A DNA stretch of 64,000 bases from Candidatus Nanoarchaeia archaeon (GTDB taxonomy: Archaea > Nanobdellota > Nanobdellia > Woesearchaeales > GW2011-AR9), in the NCBI GenBank assembly GCA_035289845.1, contig DATDWB010000028.1, positions 4,662 to 68,661 of the forward strand, read 5' to 3'. The first letter of the stretch is position 1. Every line of letters begins with the position of its first letter. The notes beneath the pieces were generated by a model. That model did not search any database and had not been told where the DNA came from. It was given only the letters and a program-made list of their open reading frames with translations. Position numbers and translations under genes: made by a program. Positions 48,339-58,802 of the stretch are shown piece after piece.

Positions 48339-48791
48339 ATGGCACGAATGCACTCCCGAGCTAAAGGAAAAAGTGGAAGTAAAAGACCTATTAAAAAAGT
48401 TGCTTCCTGGTCTCCTTACAAAGGTAATGAAGTAGAAAAATTGATTATAAAGTATGCTAAAGCCGGAAAAACATCCAGTGAGATTGGAGTTATCCTGCGA
48501 GATAGTTATGGTATAAATAGCATTAGGGCTTTGACTGGAAAGAAAGTAGGGATTGTACTTCAAGAAAAAGAATTGTCCAAAGATTTGCCGGAAGATTTAT
48601 TGAGCCTGATCCGAAAAGTGATCTCTATCAAGCAGCATATGGAAAAAAACAAACAGGACCAAACTGCTAAACGGGGTTTAGGCCTTACTACTTCCAAAAT
48701 AAATAGGCTAATTAAGTATTACAAGAGAACTAAAATCCTGGCTCCAGATTGGAACTTAGATATGGATAGGTTAAAGATGTACCTAGAATAA
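48339..48791 (+). CDS. rps15: Ribosomal protein S15 (S13e)
   Basis: MARMHSRAKGKSGSKRP N-terminus and the S15 C-terminal helix bundle. 150 aa. Confidence 0.88.
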   Translation: MARMHSRAKGKSGSKRPIKKVASWSPYKGNEVEKLIIKYAKAGKTSSEIGVILRDSYGINSIRALTGKKVGIVLQEKELSKDLPEDLLSLIRKVISIKQHMEKNKQDQTAKRGLGLTTSKINRLIKYYKRTKILAPDWNLDMDRLKMYLE

Positions 48792-49027
48792 ATCGCAGGT
48801 TTATTAGTTTTTTTTTAGATTATTATTATTGTTATTTTAGTTATTATTTTAGTTATTTTTTAAGATATTGTTGGGGTTATTAGTGTTGTCTAGTGCATAT
48901 TCAAGAGATATAATTTAGGACTACTAATGTCGTAAATAACAATTAAGAAAAAAAAGAAAACAAACCTAAATGGTAAAAATAAATGGATAAAAACGAAATA
49001 ACTAAACCTAAATTAATGGTTATCCAA

Positions 49028-49300
49028 TCATAATTTTGTTTTTATGCTTTCAATATTGGAGGCAATTTCATTGCCTTTTTTAGTAAGCTCCAACAATTTC
49101 AAGCGGCCTTCCTTTTTGAAATTTATCAAATCAGCTTTCTGCATTTCTTGCAGTATTTTTACCACGTGGGAATAGGTACAGTCTATCTGTTTGGCCAACA
49201 CTGATGCGTAAACGCCCGAATCAGCATTCTTTAACTCTACCAGCATCATTGCTGGTTTTTCTCTAAAAAACACGTCAAATATAGATTTATCTCTTCTCAA
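49028..49300 (-). CDS. Small winged-helix transcriptional regulator (ArsR/MarR-like)
   Basis: HTH region SGVYASVLAKQIDCTYSHVVKILQEMQKADLI. Confidence 0.55.
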   Translation of the reverse strand: MRRDKSIFDVFFREKPAMMLVELKNADSGVYASVLAKQIDCTYSHVVKILQEMQKADLINFKKEGRLKLLELTKKGNEIASNIESIKTKL

Positions 49301-49591
49301 ATTTACACCCCGCTAATCATCACACCCCTTTGTTGATTTGCTTAATGGTTATATTTAAACATTTATTAATTATAACATTCATTTTGCAATGGGTATGTTT
49401 ATATAAATGTTACGAAATTAGTATCCTAACCTAACTATCATTAAATCGGATAAACTGAGATATAGACCCCATCTTAATTTTTAGTTAAGTTAGCATTAAT
49501 AATACGAGCAGAGAATTGAGGGTGCAGACTAACTTCTCAATAACACTGCAAAGGAACAATCTTTTTAAAGAATTCTCTTCCTTTACTAGGT

Positions 49592-51466
49592 ATGAATTCT
49601 GATGACAGGAATTATGAGACCAATTATTTTCCCTATACAACCATTCGCTCCGGCCAAAAAGAATTGATTGAAGATATTGAAACTGCTTTCTCCAGCCAAA
49701 AAATTTTACTAGCCAATGCCCCTACCGGTTTAGGGAAAACAGCCAGTGCTTTGGCGGTGGCTCTAAAGTACGCTCTGGAGAAAGATAAAATTGTTTTTTT
49801 TCTAACCAATCGACATACACAGCACCAGCTGGCAGTAAATACCTTAAAATTAATTCAAGAAAAATTTAAGCTGGATTTTGCAGTAGTCGATCTAATTGGC
49901 AAAAAATGGATGTGTAACCAGGATGTGGCCAAGCTGTTTGGCAATGATTTTAACGAGTACTGCAAATCGGTAGTAGAAAAAGGGGAATGTGAATTTTATA
50001 ACCGGTTTAAAGAGAAAAATAATTTGACAGTGGAAGCTAAATTATTAGTAAAGGAATTGCAGTCCCAAATACTGCACAATGAACAGCTGATTGCCTTAGG
50101 CAAAGAAAAAAAGATGTGCAGTTATGAAATCTCTTTAAGCCTGGCCAAGAAAGCAAAAGTGATTATTGGTGATTATTATTATCTGTTTAATCCGTATGTT
50201 CAATCAACCTTGTTCAAAAAATTAGATCTGGAGATCGAGGATATAATCATAATTGTGGATGAAGGTCATAATTTACCTTCCCGGGTTAGTGAGATGCTTA
50301 GCTCAAATTTAACTTCCCTCATGATTAAAAATGGAGTAATAGAAGCTAAAAAGTTTGGTTATCCCGGAATGATAGTTTGGCTGCAGGAATTGATGAAGGT
50401 TTTAGATTCATTGGCCGTATTTAACACTGCCGATAAAGAAAAATTGGTCACTAAGGATTTATTTAGGTATAAAATAGAGTCAGTTGTGAATTACGATCGG
50501 TTGTTAGATGAATTAGAGCAGGCAGCAGAGGAAATCCGTAAAAAACAACCGCGGAGTTATTTGGGAGGAATTTTGAGTTTCCTTAGTTCATGGCTAGGTG
50601 AAGAGGAAGGATTTGTGAGAATAATCTCCCAAAAGCCCAGCAAATATGGTCCGGTAACTAGTTTAAGCTATTCGTGTTTAGATCCAGGAATAGTAACTGC
50701 TGATATTTTTAAGCAAGTTCATGCCGGGGTGATAATGAGCGGAACTCTAACCCCAACGTTTATGTACCGAGATTTATTAGGTATTAAAAATTCCATTGAA
50801 AAAGATTACAAGTCTCCATTCCTGCCGGAAAATAAATTATCTTTGGTAGTAACTAAAACAACTACCCGGTTTACTTCCCGAAATGATATGATGTATCAGC
50901 AAATGGCTGCTGTATGCAGCCAGATTGAGGAATTAGTCCCGGGTAATGTAGCTTTGTTTTTTCCATCATATAAACTTCGCGATGATGTGGGATTATTTTT
51001 TAGTTCTAAAAAAAAGTTATTCTGGGAGAAAGCGGAGATGAGCAAAGAAGAAAAGGAAGATCTGTTAAATAAATTTAAGGAAGCCAGAAAGGAAGGCGGA
51101 GTTTTGCTGGCGGTAACTGGGGCTAATTTTGCGGAAGGGATTGATTTACCCGGAGATTTGCTTCAGGGAGTTATAGTAGTGGGCTTACCATTGGCGCGGC
51201 CAGGAATTAAGACTAAAGAAATTATTAATTATTATGAAAAAAAATTTGGTCGAGGATGGGATTATGGGTATATTTATCCAGCCATGAACAAATGTCTTCA
51301 ATCTTCCGGCCGATGCATTCGCACCGAAAATGATCGCGGGGTGGTGGTGTATTTAGATGAGCGTTTTGCCTGGGAGAAATATTACAATTGTCTGCCTAAG
51401 GAAGGGCTGATTGTAACTCAAAAATTTGAGGAACATTTGCGTAAATTTTTTAATGAGGAAGGTTAG
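49592..51466 (+). CDS. xpd: XPD/Rad3-family 5'-3' DNA helicase with a FeS domain
   Basis: Walker A APTGLGKT. DEGH box. Four FeS Cys (C...C...C...C near residues 100-140). Helicase motifs V-VI. Confidence 0.88.
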   Translation: MNSDDRNYETNYFPYTTIRSGQKELIEDIETAFSSQKILLANAPTGLGKTASALAVALKYALEKDKIVFFLTNRHTQHQLAVNTLKLIQEKFKLDFAVVDLIGKKWMCNQDVAKLFGNDFNEYCKSVVEKGECEFYNRFKEKNNLTVEAKLLVKELQSQILHNEQLIALGKEKKMCSYEISLSLAKKAKVIIGDYYYLFNPYVQSTLFKKLDLEIEDIIIIVDEGHNLPSRVSEMLSSNLTSLMIKNGVIEAKKFGYPGMIVWLQELMKVLDSLAVFNTADKEKLVTKDLFRYKIESVVNYDRLLDELEQAAEEIRKKQPRSYLGGILSFLSSWLGEEEGFVRIISQKPSKYGPVTSLSYSCLDPGIVTADIFKQVHAGVIMSGTLTPTFMYRDLLGIKNSIEKDYKSPFLPENKLSLVVTKTTTRFTSRNDMMYQQMAAVCSQIEELVPGNVALFFPSYKLRDDVGLFFSSKKKLFWEKAEMSKEEKEDLLNKFKEARKEGGVLLAVTGANFAEGIDLPGDLLQGVIVVGLPLARPGIKTKEIINYYEKKFGRGWDYGYIYPAMNKCLQSSGRCIRTENDRGVVVYLDERFAWEKYYNCLPKEGLIVTQKFEEHLRKFFNEEG

Positions 51467-51704
51467 GTTTTCTAATGACCAACTCTTTGTACTAACTTTT
51501 AATGATCGTTTTTCTACCTTAGTGTAGTTATTGGCTTATTCAAGTTACTAGTATACAAAATAGTAATATTTATATACCATTTGGACTTTTCTTAGTTATC
51601 AAATAATGAGTAATTATGGTGATCACGTGGGTTCCGTAAGAATTCTACCACCCTCACCCCCTCTTCCGGGGCCCATTGTGTTCTTTTATTTTAGGTTATT
51701 TAAT

Positions 51705-53243
51705 TTACTGCTGAATTGATGTCCCGCAAGTGTGGAATACTTCATCCACAGTTAGGGTAAATCCGTATAATTCCACAAAGGGATGAGTGATTTCCTTACT
51801 TTTTTGTCCGGTCTTTAAAGCTACAACTTCTTCACTCAATACCTGTCCCTGGTGCTTAAGGATAATTTTAATCGGGATAACAACTTCCGTAGTGGGAATT
51901 TGACAGTAATCCGGTCCTTCTAAGATCAGCCATTCCACCGCTCCGGCTCCGGTATAACTGCCTCCTTTACGGGGTAAGACATATTCTTCCGGATTCATTT
52001 CTGGGTACTTTTCGTTTCGGGCAGTTATTTTAGCTCTAATAAGATTGCACTTGACATTACAGCCGGTGGTGGCATATAGTTCACTGACAAAATAGCAGGC
52101 TTGATCGACGCAGGATCGTCCTAATGGACAATCAGCACTTTTAGTACAGGCCGATCCGGCACCTTCATCAATGAAACTTTCGGCATCATCACATTTTCCG
52201 TTGGAATTGATATCCAAACAACATCCGGTTCCACTTTGGATCTTGGGGGGGAAACAAAGCAAAGTTTTCTGTCCAGTACTTTCTACATAATCTTGGACTC
52301 CACCATAGGAAAAGTAAGCCTGACCTACTGTTGTACCTCGAATGACTAAGATCGCTCCTATTATCACCAAGATACTTACTATAGAAATGAAAATAACTTT
52401 ATTTTTGTCAATATTTGGGGTGGAATTTGAAGTTTTGGACCGTAGTTCAGGAGGAGAGGTTCCAATTAATGATTTAGTTTGATCTGCAGGGGCAGGAGCC
52501 GTATTTTCAGAATATTTAGCATAATTATGCTTCATGGTTTCTTTATATGCTTCCTGGATTTTATCCTTAGGCCAGCCGGCTTGCAGCAGACTGCTTTCAA
52601 TGGCCAAGTATTTATTGCCTTTTTTTATATGATGGGTTATATAATTTTTAACGTCGGGATGGAATTGCGTTTTTTTTCTATAATATGTTAATACAATGAT
52701 AGCAATAATTATGGAAGCTACAATCAGCACTACAAATTGGGTTAAGCTGCGCCTTTTTTTATCTACCGATTCCACGTTAACATCAATAGATTCTAAATTT
52801 TCCTGTAAGGCTGCCAATCCAGTAGCGACGTTATCAAATCCTTTATTTAGTTCAGTCTTCAGTCCCTGCTGCTGGGTAGAAATTAATTGTAAATTAGTGC
52901 TGACTTGATTTAGTTGGTCTTGGAAATCTTTTTGCTTAGTTTTGATAGCGCCCAGTTCCTGTTTTAGGTTTAAATCTTCAGTCTGAAGAATATTGATTTT
53001 GTTTTCCAAATCCAGGTTAGTGGCATTGGTGACTGTAGCTACGGTTGGTTCGGTGGGCTGAGGTAGGACTATTTCCGGCTCAAAACAAGTAAAACTCTGT
53101 AGGCTGCAGGTATATCCTGGGCCGAAGATGGAGACACAGTCTAGATCTTCCTGGCAGAAAGTGGCCGGGGTGGCCTCTTTAGCATAAATTAAAGATGTAA
53201 TTAACAGAACTACAATTACAACTACCAAGCTTAATTTTCTCAT
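51705..53243 (-). CDS. Cys-rich surface/membrane protein with signal peptide, coiled coil and an internal TM
   Basis: Start chosen at MRKLSLVVVIVVLL (ATG 53243, SD GAGGA upstream). The track extends to 53330. Confidence 0.45.
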   Translation of the reverse strand: MRKLSLVVVIVVLLITSLIYAKEATPATFCQEDLDCVSIFGPGYTCSLQSFTCFEPEIVLPQPTEPTVATVTNATNLDLENKINILQTEDLNLKQELGAIKTKQKDFQDQLNQVSTNLQLISTQQQGLKTELNKGFDNVATGLAALQENLESIDVNVESVDKKRRSLTQFVVLIVASIIIAIIVLTYYRKKTQFHPDVKNYITHHIKKGNKYLAIESSLLQAGWPKDKIQEAYKETMKHNYAKYSENTAPAPADQTKSLIGTSPPELRSKTSNSTPNIDKNKVIFISIVSILVIIGAILVIRGTTVGQAYFSYGGVQDYVESTGQKTLLCFPPKIQSGTGCCLDINSNGKCDDAESFIDEGAGSACTKSADCPLGRSCVDQACYFVSELYATTGCNVKCNLIRAKITARNEKYPEMNPEEYVLPRKGGSYTGAGAVEWLILEGPDYCQIPTTEVVIPIKIILKHQGQVLSEEVVALKTGQKSKEITHPFVELYGFTLTVDEVFHTCGTSIQQ

Positions 53244-53364
53244 ACCGTCCTCTTTTAGGGGGAATACGGTTTTTTGGTTTATATATTTTTGGTTTTGGGA
53301 AAATCTTAATAGGCTTGAATGGTGTTCCATATTATTTATAAATCAGTTTTTTCTAGTTGAGAAA

Positions 53365-53742
53365 ATGGTAAAAATAATTGATGTTAAAACTGATTATAAG
53401 CCCCATAATTTTAGCCAGGGCGGAATATTTTATGGACACGGGGCAACCACAACCGTTTATGGTTTGCAGGTTGAAGGAATTGACTTGTTAGGTCTTGAGA
53501 ATAGGCCAATAGGGGTCTTAGAGCGAGTGGTAGTGGATTTATTTAAAAAAGATGCTGTCCCAGATAAATATAATGAAGTTGATGTATTGTATTGTTTAGT
53601 TAATGAAAATTATAAGATTGATGGTATTTCTAATGCAAACAATAACTCTAAGAAATCTCTTCAGGATAAGCTTGTCGTTGGTGATGTATTAACCTTAACG
53701 GTTAGAAGGACTGTGGGGACGGGTATTACTTCCATTGTTTAA
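53365..53742 (+). CDS. Hypothetical protein (125 aa)
   Basis: ORF only. Confidence 0.35.
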   Translation: MVKIIDVKTDYKPHNFSQGGIFYGHGATTTVYGLQVEGIDLLGLENRPIGVLERVVVDLFKKDAVPDKYNEVDVLYCLVNENYKIDGISNANNNSKKSLQDKLVVGDVLTLTVRRTVGTGITSIV

Positions 53743-53828
53743 CTATCTACTAACTTTTTGGTTAATTTTTATATAGATTATTATTTTGCTCGTAACTTTT
53801 ATATAGCGCTTCTTATTTTCTAGAATCA

Positions 53829-55127
53829 ATGTTAGATATTAAGTTAATTAGGGAAAATTCCAATCAGGTTAAGGCTTCGGAAAAGAAAAGAAACCGAGAT
53901 CCTAAACTAGTGGATGAAGTTCTTAAATTGGATCTGCAGTGGAAGACAGAGTTAGCTTCAATTGAAAAGTTAAAACACCAGCGGAATGTAGTTTCTCAGG
54001 AGATTAACCAGCTTAAAAAATCCGGTAAAAGCGCAGTTTCTAAAATTAAACAGATGCAGTCCGTAGGGGAGGATATTAAATCTGGAGAAGAAAAAGTAAA
54101 AATCCTGCTGGAAAAAAGAGATGCAGCAGTTAAGACGCTGGGAAATGTGATGCATCCTAAAGTTCCGCCGGGAAAAGATGATTCACAGAATGTAGAACTA
54201 AAAAAAGTAGGAAAAATACCTAAATTTTCTTTTCCCCTAAAAAATCACGTGGAATTGGCAGAGCAATTGGGGTGGGCAGATTTTGATTCTTCAGCCAAAA
54301 CTTCCGGAAATGGATTTTATTTCCTAAAAGGCGATTTGGCCCTTTTAAATCAAGCCCTGATAAGATTTACTGTTGATTTCATGCATTCTCAAGGGTATTT
54401 GTATATTGAGCCGCCATTGCTAATTCGGAAAAGAATACTGGAAGCGGCGATAGATGTGCAAGAGTGGGATAAAACTATTTATTCGATTAAAGATGAAGAT
54501 TTAGCTTTGATTGGTACTAGCGAGCATGCATTGCTAGGCATACATTCGGATGAAACTCTGAGTGAAAAAGATTTTCCTAAAAAATATTTTTCTTACAGTA
54601 TGTGTTTCCGTAAAGAAGTTGGGGCGCATGGAATTAACGAGAAAGGTTTATGGCGGACTCACCAATTTAACAAAATTGAACAATTTATTTTCTGCAAACC
54701 GGAAGAAAGTGATAATTTTTTCCTAGAATTGTTGAACAATTCTGAAGGAATCTTGAAGGCTCTAGGTTTACCTTATCGAGTTATTGAAATCTGTTCCGGG
54801 GATTTAAGTTTATGGAAGCAGCGCAGTTATGATGTTGAAGTCTGGAGGCCCACAACTAATAGTTACGGTGAAGTAATGTCCTTAAGCAACTGTACCGATT
54901 ATCAAGCCCGAAAATTAGGGATAAAGGTAGTATACAATGATGGGAGCAGGGAAGTAGTACATACCTTAAACAACACCGCTTTAGCTACCTCGCGGATAAT
55001 GGTAGCCCTATTAGAAAATTTTCAAACCAAGAAAGGGACAGTAAAAATTCCGCAAGTGTTAGGGCCATATATGCAGGGTAAAACAGAATTGGGACCAATA
55101 AAAAATGAATATAATCTCAGAAATTAA
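53829..55127 (+). CDS. serS: Seryl-tRNA synthetase
   Basis: N-terminal coiled-coil arm. Class II motifs 2 and 3. 432 aa. Confidence 0.9.
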   Translation: MLDIKLIRENSNQVKASEKKRNRDPKLVDEVLKLDLQWKTELASIEKLKHQRNVVSQEINQLKKSGKSAVSKIKQMQSVGEDIKSGEEKVKILLEKRDAAVKTLGNVMHPKVPPGKDDSQNVELKKVGKIPKFSFPLKNHVELAEQLGWADFDSSAKTSGNGFYFLKGDLALLNQALIRFTVDFMHSQGYLYIEPPLLIRKRILEAAIDVQEWDKTIYSIKDEDLALIGTSEHALLGIHSDETLSEKDFPKKYFSYSMCFRKEVGAHGINEKGLWRTHQFNKIEQFIFCKPEESDNFFLELLNNSEGILKALGLPYRVIEICSGDLSLWKQRSYDVEVWRPTTNSYGEVMSLSNCTDYQARKLGIKVVYNDGSREVVHTLNNTALATSRIMVALLENFQTKKGTVKIPQVLGPYMQGKTELGPIKNEYNLRN

Positions 55128-55827
55128 TTTAGAAGGCTTAGCCGAGAAAGTTTGGAAGAATTATTATTTAACTGCCAAAGAAAAAATTCCTAATTTGGAA
55201 AAGACTGCCGAACATTCCTTAGCTTGGGAAGCAGGTTTAAAATTGTTTGGACACCGAGCGGCTGAGGTAAACTTAAATTTAGGCTATATTGGACCAGAAG
55301 TACAAATGATGCACTTAAAAATAAGTTCACCTTCCGGGGAGGAAGATTTGAAGATTTTTTATAATTACGCGGCTTCTAATAAATCCTATGAAACTTATTT
55401 AATTGATAAAAAAAATCCTCAAGATAGCGAAGTTATTATGGGTAATAGAAGATTTCCCGAAGATTGCGGAGTGTTAGAACGGCGGTTAAATCCATATGTT
55501 CCAGATAAATTTATGAATTTGGATTGGAAAGTTGAGTCCATTGATCGGTTAAATACGGGTGATTTAAGTAAGGATAGGAGAGAGTTAAATAGTAAATCAA
55601 CTCGTCCAAATAATTCTTATGAAGATGCGAAAAGAACATTTAAAAAATTGGTACTGGGCGGGATAGCCGTTGCTCTTTTAATTTATGGAGCTAGCTATAT
55701 GATGAAATGCGGCTATGAGATGCAAGAGACTAAGGAAAAAGCGGTGCAAAAGCCTAAATCTAAAGCAGCTTACTATGAGGAAGACCCCTGCAGGCCTGGG
55801 TCATCCATTCGCAGTCAGAAAGATTAG
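55105..55827 (+). CDS. Hypothetical protein with a C-terminal TM helix
   Basis: Overlaps the serS 3' end by 23 nt. No motif. Confidence 0.35.
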   Translation: MNIISEINLEGLAEKVWKNYYLTAKEKIPNLEKTAEHSLAWEAGLKLFGHRAAEVNLNLGYIGPEVQMMHLKISSPSGEEDLKIFYNYAASNKSYETYLIDKKNPQDSEVIMGNRRFPEDCGVLERRLNPYVPDKFMNLDWKVESIDRLNTGDLSKDRRELNSKSTRPNNSYEDAKRTFKKLVLGGIAVALLIYGASYMMKCGYEMQETKEKAVQKPKSKAAYYEEDPCRPGSSIRSQKD

Positions 55828-55885
55828 GTCGATACAGCCAATCTTCACAACATTAATATAACCATTAAGTAAAAACTTAATTATT

Positions 55886-56953
55886 ATGTCCTTGTTCAAA
55901 GATATGTTAAGAAGCGGAGAATCGCTGTTTAGAGATACAATCTTTTTGAGCTATGATTTTCAGCCCAAGATTCTTTACGGACGGGAAAATGAGCAGATGC
56001 GCTTTGCAGCGGCTATCAAACCGTTGCTCCAGGGTAATAACGGCCGGAATATTTTTGTCTCCGGAGCACCGGGAATTGGAAAAACTACCGCCTGCCGGCA
56101 TGTACTGCGGGAGTTGGAAGAAGAAACTGAGGAAGTAGTTCCAATTTATGTTAATTGCTGGAAGGAAAATACTACCTATAAGATATTCTATAAAATCTGT
56201 GAAGATTTAGGGTTTAAATTTATCCAGAGCAAGAAAACCAGTGAATTGTTCGGCTTAATAAAAACCAAGCTCAATAAAAAAGCAGTGGTGTTTGTATTTG
56301 ATGAAATTGACAAATTAGAAGATTATGATTTTTTGTATACTGTTTTAGAAGATGTTTATCGTAAATCTATCTTTTTGATAACTAACTATCGCGATAGTTA
56401 CACTAAGCTGGATGAGAGGATTAGAAGCCGATTAAATCCGGAATTTCTAATTTTCAGACCATATAGCGAATCCGAAATTGCTTCCATATTAAAGCAGCGC
56501 CGGGATTATGCCTTTGTCCAGGGATGCTGGGATGAAGCAGCATTTAAGGAGATTGTAGAGAAATGCACTGAAACCAAAGATATCCGGGTAGGGTTATATT
56601 TAATGCAGGAATCAGGGAATGCTGCTCAGGAAAAAAATTCCCGGCAGATCAATGGACAGCATGTGATTGCAGCAATTAAAAAAGTAGAAGAGTTCCACGT
56701 CAAACCTAAAGCCGAGTTAGAGGAAGACCTGCAAGTTTTATTAGATTTGGTTAAAGACCATACCGGTAAAAAAATAGGAGATATTTATGCTGCTTATAGT
56801 GAGATGGGCGGGGAATTAAGCTATAAAAGCTTTCAGAGGAGGATGATGAAGCTGAAGGAAGGAAAGTTTATTGACACCGAAAAAATTTCGGGAAAGGATG
56901 GCAACACCACTATTTTACATTCTTCTGAATATAAGAAATTGACCGAGTATTAG
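55886..56953 (+). CDS. cdc6: Orc1/Cdc6 replication initiator (AAA+ plus winged helix)
   Basis: Walker A SGAPGIGKTT. Walker B FVFDEID. C-terminal wH. 355 aa. Confidence 0.88.
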   Translation: MSLFKDMLRSGESLFRDTIFLSYDFQPKILYGRENEQMRFAAAIKPLLQGNNGRNIFVSGAPGIGKTTACRHVLRELEEETEEVVPIYVNCWKENTTYKIFYKICEDLGFKFIQSKKTSELFGLIKTKLNKKAVVFVFDEIDKLEDYDFLYTVLEDVYRKSIFLITNYRDSYTKLDERIRSRLNPEFLIFRPYSESEIASILKQRRDYAFVQGCWDEAAFKEIVEKCTETKDIRVGLYLMQESGNAAQEKNSRQINGQHVIAAIKKVEEFHVKPKAELEEDLQVLLDLVKDHTGKKIGDIYAAYSEMGGELSYKSFQRRMMKLKEGKFIDTEKISGKDGNTTILHSSEYKKLTEY

Positions 56954-57076
56954 TGTGCAACAAAAGTTAAGGAAATTGAAAGAATTGAGAAGTGTGACTA
57001 CAAAGTGACAAACTAAGCAAAAGTTTTATAAATAGTGTTTAGTTAGGTTTTCTTAGGTAATTTTAACGATATTAAT

Positions 57077-58054
57077 ATGGGAAGGATAATCAACAAAATA
57101 AGGCCTAAAGCAGGATTAGCGGCTATTGCAGCTAATGCAATGATATTTTTTTGCACTCCGGAACACAACAGTGCCTTAAACCGCTGGAAGGATCCGGTAG
57201 AAATAGTTGAACCAGTTAAAGCTGCCGGAAATAATGAATCTGAATCAGAAGCGTTAACTTATTTTAAACAGTTTCCGGAATATTTGCTGGGGGCGGGTGA
57301 AATAAATAAGTTTCGGTACATCGGAGGTTCAGACGGCGAAGAGCCTAAACATGTTTTAGTTCATATTAAGCAAAGCCATTGGGTAGAAGGTTTAGATAAA
57401 GAGTTAGGTGAGTTGGTAAAAAAATCGCAGGCGGATGTACTTAAGATAGTATCTTCATTGATGGACAGTTATTCTTTGGATACAGTCTATTGGGAGGGTG
57501 TGGATAAAGATTCTTATAAACTGGTTTGTCAAATTTTGGAGAGAAATTATAATATTGGTGAGAAAATATATAATAATCTTTTTGATGAAATTACTGATTT
57601 GGAAGATGAATTAAAATATTGCGAGAGTACATCTCTAAATCCTGATGACTGCTCTGAGCTAAGGTATAATTATGAGAATGCAGAAAAAATATATGGTGAA
57701 AGGCTTTCTATTGCAGCTCTAGATTATATAAGTTATAAAACACATTCAATTGCCTATTTGCATTGTGAAAAAGGATTAAAAATTAAACCAGCAGAAAGCC
57801 GGGAGATATCAGATCTTATTGATACCATGGAAAAATCAAATCTACCTGTCCCGAGCTTCTTATATTATCGTTTAGTATTTGAGGATCGAGAAGATTTTTT
57901 ACTTAAAACAATTGTTGAAAACGGTGATAAGATTGCAGTTACCGTTTACGGAGCAGATCACAGTTGGTACAATAATATTCAAAAATGGAATCGTGAACAT
58001 CCAGATCAAAAATTTGCCTTGATTGAAGTTATACCTCAATCTCATCTCAAATAA
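57077..58054 (+). CDS. Hypothetical protein (325 aa)
   Basis: ORF only. Confidence 0.35.
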   Translation: MGRIINKIRPKAGLAAIAANAMIFFCTPEHNSALNRWKDPVEIVEPVKAAGNNESESEALTYFKQFPEYLLGAGEINKFRYIGGSDGEEPKHVLVHIKQSHWVEGLDKELGELVKKSQADVLKIVSSLMDSYSLDTVYWEGVDKDSYKLVCQILERNYNIGEKIYNNLFDEITDLEDELKYCESTSLNPDDCSELRYNYENAEKIYGERLSIAALDYISYKTHSIAYLHCEKGLKIKPAESREISDLIDTMEKSNLPVPSFLYYRLVFEDREDFLLKTIVENGDKIAVTVYGADHSWYNNIQKWNREHPDQKFALIEVIPQSHLK

Positions 58055-58452
58055 TAAACCAACACTGCAACTCCAAATCCCAGCAATGATCCAATGATAA
58101 CCTGGGAAGGGGTGTGTCCCAGCGCAAAATGGGTTCTAGTCTTCAACTTTACTTTTTTTAAGATCTGATTGATAATTATACCTTCTTCACCCACACTTCT
58201 ACGGACTCCAAACGCGTCCCGGATTACAATCACCGCTAAAATTAAACTGATAGCAAAAGAGGTAGATGTTCCTTCAACTAAATAAATAATGGCAGCCAAA
58301 GAAACTACGAAGGCGGAATGGGAGGAGGGCATACCGCCGGTAACTACCAAATCTTTCCAGGATAAAGTCTTATGTTTAAACCAATAAATTATTAATTTCA
58401 GAAGTTGGGATCCAAAACCGGCTAGAATGACGGCCAGGAGGATGATATTCAT
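58042..58452 (-). CDS. DUF212 / PAP2-related membrane protein (acid phosphatase/vanadium haloperoxidase-related)
   Basis: GGMPSSHSA motif. Four TM helices. Confidence 0.7.
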   Translation of the reverse strand: MNIILLAVILAGFGSQLLKLIIYWFKHKTLSWKDLVVTGGMPSSHSAFVVSLAAIIYLVEGTSTSFAISLILAVIVIRDAFGVRRSVGEEGIIINQILKKVKLKTRTHFALGHTPSQVIIGSLLGFGVAVLVYYLR

Positions 58453-58559
58453 GATTGTAGGATTTTTTTATTATTTATATATCTTTTTAAGCAACGATTA
58501 GACCACTGGACACAGGTCAAGTCTCCGTAGAATATTTAAACAACAATTCTTTTGATTAG

Positions 58560-58763
58560 ATGAATGAAACAAAAAACAAAGAATATTTTATTGGCCTAGC
58601 CATTGCTTTTCTCACCCAACAGGTTTCTTTAACTAACCCAGTCCAGTTGCTGGCGGCGGCTTTGTTGACAATTGTTGTTTCTTCTATTGTACTTCTACTT
58701 ATGCTTAACTTTAAAACTAAGCCAGAAAATATTATTTCTCAGTTAGAAAATATTAATTTATAG
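58560..58763 (+). CDS. Small hypothetical membrane protein
   Basis: Two TM segments. 67 aa. Confidence 0.3.
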   Translation: MNETKNKEYFIGLAIAFLTQQVSLTNPVQLLAAALLTIVVSSIVLLLMLNFKTKPENIISQLENINL

Positions 58764-58802
58764 ACCGCAACCTTTTTAATCTAAGTTCTTTATTATTGAA
58801 TA

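Noticed and set aside
48790-49027. AT-rich low-complexity tract (TTATTATTATTGTTATTTTAGTTATT...) as oriC or CRISPR-like array
   Set aside because: Only simple AT/TTA-type low complexity between convergent genes. No regular repeat-spacer periodicity.
55828-57076. Replication origin next to orc1/cdc6
   Set aside because: No ORB-like repeats (TTCCAGTGGAAAC-type) or clear AT-rich DUE flanking the gene could be identified by eye.
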